From Desulfobulbaceae bacterium (GTDB lineage: Bacteria > Desulfobacterota > Desulfobulbia > Desulfobulbales > Desulfobulbaceae): a stretch of DNA of 24,000 bases. Positions 21,911-24,000 of the stretch are shown one piece after another. The position numbers and the translations under genes were made by a program. A model generated the notes under the pieces. The model was not told where the DNA came from and made no database searches. It saw nothing but the letters and a program-made list of their open reading frames with translations. The DNA is taken from contig JAABTP010000001.1 of assembly GCA_011389815.1 (NCBI GenBank), positions 1,003 to 25,002 of the forward strand, read 5' to 3'. Each line of letters opens with the position of its first letter. The first letter of the stretch is position 1.

Positions 21911-24000
21911 ATGGCACGCTTTCCCATGCAGCTCAACTACCCAGGCAACCTCCCCATCACCGACCGCAAGGACGAGATCGTCCAGGCCGTTCGGGATAAT
22001 CAGGTCATCGTTATTGCAGGTGATACCGGCTCCGGCAAGACAACCCAGCTCCCCAAGATGTGCCTGGAAGCAGGTCGGGCAGGGGAGGGGGCCATGATCG
22101 GCTGTACCCAGCCCCGCCGTATTGCCGCCCTGTCGGTGACCGAGCGGGTTCAGGAGGAGCTGGGGCAGGCCCGGACGGTGGGGTCCAAGATTCGCTTTCA
22201 GGATCGCACCGGCCCGAAAACCCGGATCAAGTTCATGACCGACGGGATTCTGCTGGCCGAGACCCGGGGCGACCGCGATCTGCGGGCCTACGACACCCTG
22301 ATCATTGACGAGGCCCATGAGCGCAGCCTGAACATCGACTTTCTGCTCGGCTACCTGCATCAATTGCTGGCCCGCCGCCATGACCTCAAGCTGATCATTG
22401 CCTCGGCCACCATTGATACTGAAAAATTCAGTAAGCATTTCCATGATGCCCCGATTATCCAGGTGGAAGGACGCACCTATCCGGTCACGGTGGAATACTG
22501 CCCCCCGGACAACGAGGACGATGAAAGCAGTCAGGATATTGACCGGTTGGTCGCTGATCAGATTGTCAGGCTTATGGCTCGGCCCGGCGGGGATATCCTG
22601 ACCTTTCTCCCCACGGAGCGGGACATCCTGGACACTGTGGAACTGCTGCGCAGGGAACTGGCAGATCGCGCCCTGATCCTGCCCCTGTTCGGACGGCTCC
22701 AGGGCGGGGAGCAGCGGCGTATCTTCCGTTCTGCCCGGCAGCGCAAGATCATCGTGGCCACCAATGTGGCAGAGACCTCCATCACGGTGCCGGGCATAGA
22801 ATGCGTGGTGGATACCGGCCTGGCGCGGATCGCCCATTATAATGTGCGGGCCGGGACCACCCATCTGCCGGTGGCCCGGATTTCCAGGGCCAGTTGTGAT
22901 CAGCGGGCAGGCCGTTGCGGTCGGGTCGGGCCGGGGCGTTGCATCCGCTTGTACAGCGAGGAGGATTACCTTGCCCGTGATGAATTCACTCTGCCTGAGA
23001 TCCAGCGTTCCAATCTGGCCGAGGTTATCCTGCAGATGCTCAGCCTGCGTCTGCCCGAACCGCGCAACTTCCCTTTTATCGATCCGCCTGCCCCCAGAGC
23101 GGTCAATGACGGCTTCCGTATTCTTCGGGAACTGGGTGCCCTTGACAGCGAGCAGCGGCTCACCCGGCAAGGCAGGATCATGGCCCGCCTGCCTCTGGAC
23201 CCGCGTATTTCCCGGATGATCATTGAGGGTGCGGAGCTGGGCGTGCTCCGGGAAACCGCGATCATTGCTGCGGCCCTGGCGATTCAGGATCCCCGTGTCC
23301 AACCGCCGGATAAGCTGGAAAAGGCCCGGCAGGCCCACCGCGCCTTTCATTATCCTGGCTCGGATGTCCTGACCCTGGTTAATATGTGGGATGCCTGTCG
23401 AGGTGAAGCCCTGTCTTCGCCCGGTTCGTCTGATGACGGGCAGGGCCGCCGGGATGATAAAGAGCAGACACGCAGGTCTGCCCCTACGCCGTCCGCCGGG
23501 CAGCTGCGCCGTTTTTGCGAGGCTAATTTCTGCTCCTGGCAACGGATGCGGGAGTGGTTTGATATCCATGATCAGATTCTCCGTATCCTCCAGCAGCATA
23601 AGGAGTTTGCCGGTGCCCTTGATCGCATTGGTGATTCGCACAAGGACGAAGTAGGGGCACGGCATGCCGTGCCCCTACCGGAATCGCAAGATTCTTCGGT
23701 CAAAACATCTGCCCCTACAGCCCCGGCCCTGGTACATCAGGCCCTGACCGCAGGTTTTCTCCGCAATATTGCCCTGCGCAAGGAGAAGAATACCTACCAG
23801 ATCTCCGGCAACCGGGAGGCCATGCTCTTTCCCGGTTCCGGCCTGTATAATAAGGGAGGGCAGTGGATCGTGGCAGCGGATTTTGTCCATACCTCGCAGC
23901 TCTTTGCCCGCATGGCCGCCACCATTGAAGTGGACTGGCTGGAACGCCTGGGCGGTGACCTCTGCAAACGTTCCTACTCGGACCCGCATTGGCAGAAAAA
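21911..24000 (+). CDS. hrpA: ATP-dependent RNA helicase HrpA (DEAH-box), N-terminal about 696 codons; 3' end outside window
   Basis: Hand translation of frame 2 gives MARFPMQLNYPGNLPITDRKDEIVQAVRDNQVIVIAGDTGSGKTTQLPKMCLEAGR...GCTQPRRIAA...TDGILLAE...IIDEAHERSLNIDFLLGYL...IASATID...VATNVAETSITVPGI...QRAGRCGR...SYSDPHWQK. It is open to base 24000 and absent from the track because it has no stop. The start could be ATG 21911 or ATG 21926. Confidence 0.9.
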   Translation, partial: MARFPMQLNYPGNLPITDRKDEIVQAVRDNQVIVIAGDTGSGKTTQLPKMCLEAGRAGEGAMIGCTQPRRIAALSVTERVQEELGQARTVGSKIRFQDRTGPKTRIKFMTDGILLAETRGDRDLRAYDTLIIDEAHERSLNIDFLLGYLHQLLARRHDLKLIIASATIDTEKFSKHFHDAPIIQVEGRTYPVTVEYCPPDNEDDESSQDIDRLVADQIVRLMARPGGDILTFLPTERDILDTVELLRRELADRALILPLFGRLQGGEQRRIFRSARQRKIIVATNVAETSITVPGIECVVDTGLARIAHYNVRAGTTHLPVARISRASCDQRAGRCGRVGPGRCIRLYSEEDYLARDEFTLPEIQRSNLAEVILQMLSLRLPEPRNFPFIDPPAPRAVNDGFRILRELGALDSEQRLTRQGRIMARLPLDPRISRMIIEGAELGVLRETAIIAAALAIQDPRVQPPDKLEKARQAHRAFHYPGSDVLTLVNMWDACRGEALSSPGSSDDGQGRRDDKEQTRRSAPTPSAGQLRRFCEANFCSWQRMREWFDIHDQILRILQQHKEFAGALDRIGDSHKDEVGARHAVPLPESQDSSVKTSAPTAPALVHQALTAGFLRNIALRKEKNTYQISGNREAMLFPGSGLYNKGGQWIVAADFVHTSQLFARMAATIEVDWLERLGGDLCKRSYSDPHWQK
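23651..23720. repeat. REP-like module inside the hrpA coding sequence
   Basis: A perfect 28-bp palindrome GTAGGGGCACGGCATGCCGTGCCCCTAC (23651-23678) is followed by GAATC-gcaa-GATTC and a terminal GCCCCTACAG (23711-23720). It has the same building blocks as the intergenic composite at 10721-10790. It is translated in frame as VGARHAVPLPESQDSSVKTSAPT. Confidence 0.8.

Noticed and set aside
21782-23665. 627-aa minus-strand ORF, the longest in the track in this region
   Set aside because: It is antisense to a clear HrpA reading frame that carries all DEAH helicase motifs. Its own translation is Pro/Arg/Gly-rich low-complexity sequence, typical of stop-free antisense frames in GC-rich DNA.
23675-23989. 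104-aa minus-strand ORF
   Set aside because: It is antisense to the hrpA C-terminal region (...FPGSGLYNKGGQWIVAADFVHTSQLFARMAATIEVDWLE...) and has no SD.

Overview
This window looks like a Gram-negative chromosomal segment. The taxon cannot be fixed from the window; Tat, a sigma-54 activator, WrbA and DUF2058 fit a proteobacterial or desulfobacterial-type genome. All protein family calls below come from motif recognition by eye, not from searches.

The housekeeping backbone is:
- a LivK-like binding protein (5' truncated)
- a Cys-rich DUF318-type permease
- an RlmD/RumA-type methyltransferase
- two tandem tatA genes
- trpS
- a 5'-nucleotidase-like lipoprotein
- an in-frame MobB + Fe-alcohol-dehydrogenase ORF
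- a CNNM/CBS protein
- DUF2058
- hisD
- wrbA
- hrpA (3' truncated). It is missing from the supplied ORF track because it has no stop inside the window; I translated it by hand.

Several accessory and selfish elements interrupt this backbone:
1. A three-gene minus-strand operon (21765-19122). Two small proteins with a shared N-terminal module precede an effector-less NB-ARC + TPR STAND NTPase. This is my best candidate for an undescribed conflict or signalling system.
2. An HU-like/DUF4469 DNA-binding gene, preceded by five exactly phased 23-bp tandem repeats and a promoter-like site.
3. An ORF-less group II intron (about 12586-13380, minus strand). It sits inside a copy of a 28-bp palindromic repeat directly after the yoeB stop codon.
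4. A palindromic repeat family (GTAGGGGC...GCCCCTAC) with copies in four intergenic sites and one in-frame inside hrpA.
5. A 209-bp MITE-like element with 23-bp terminal inverted repeats and an 8-bp duplication, upstream of hisD.
6. A yefM-yoeB toxin-antitoxin pair with a GTAC-type palindromic operator, and a Uma2-family nuclease.
7. A regulatory-domain-less sigma-54 activator, flanked by an unknown gene and an orphan LysW-like zinc-ribbon protein with an EEEEEY tail.

No rRNA, tRNA or CRISPR array was seen. Several long ORFs in the track are antisense artefacts.
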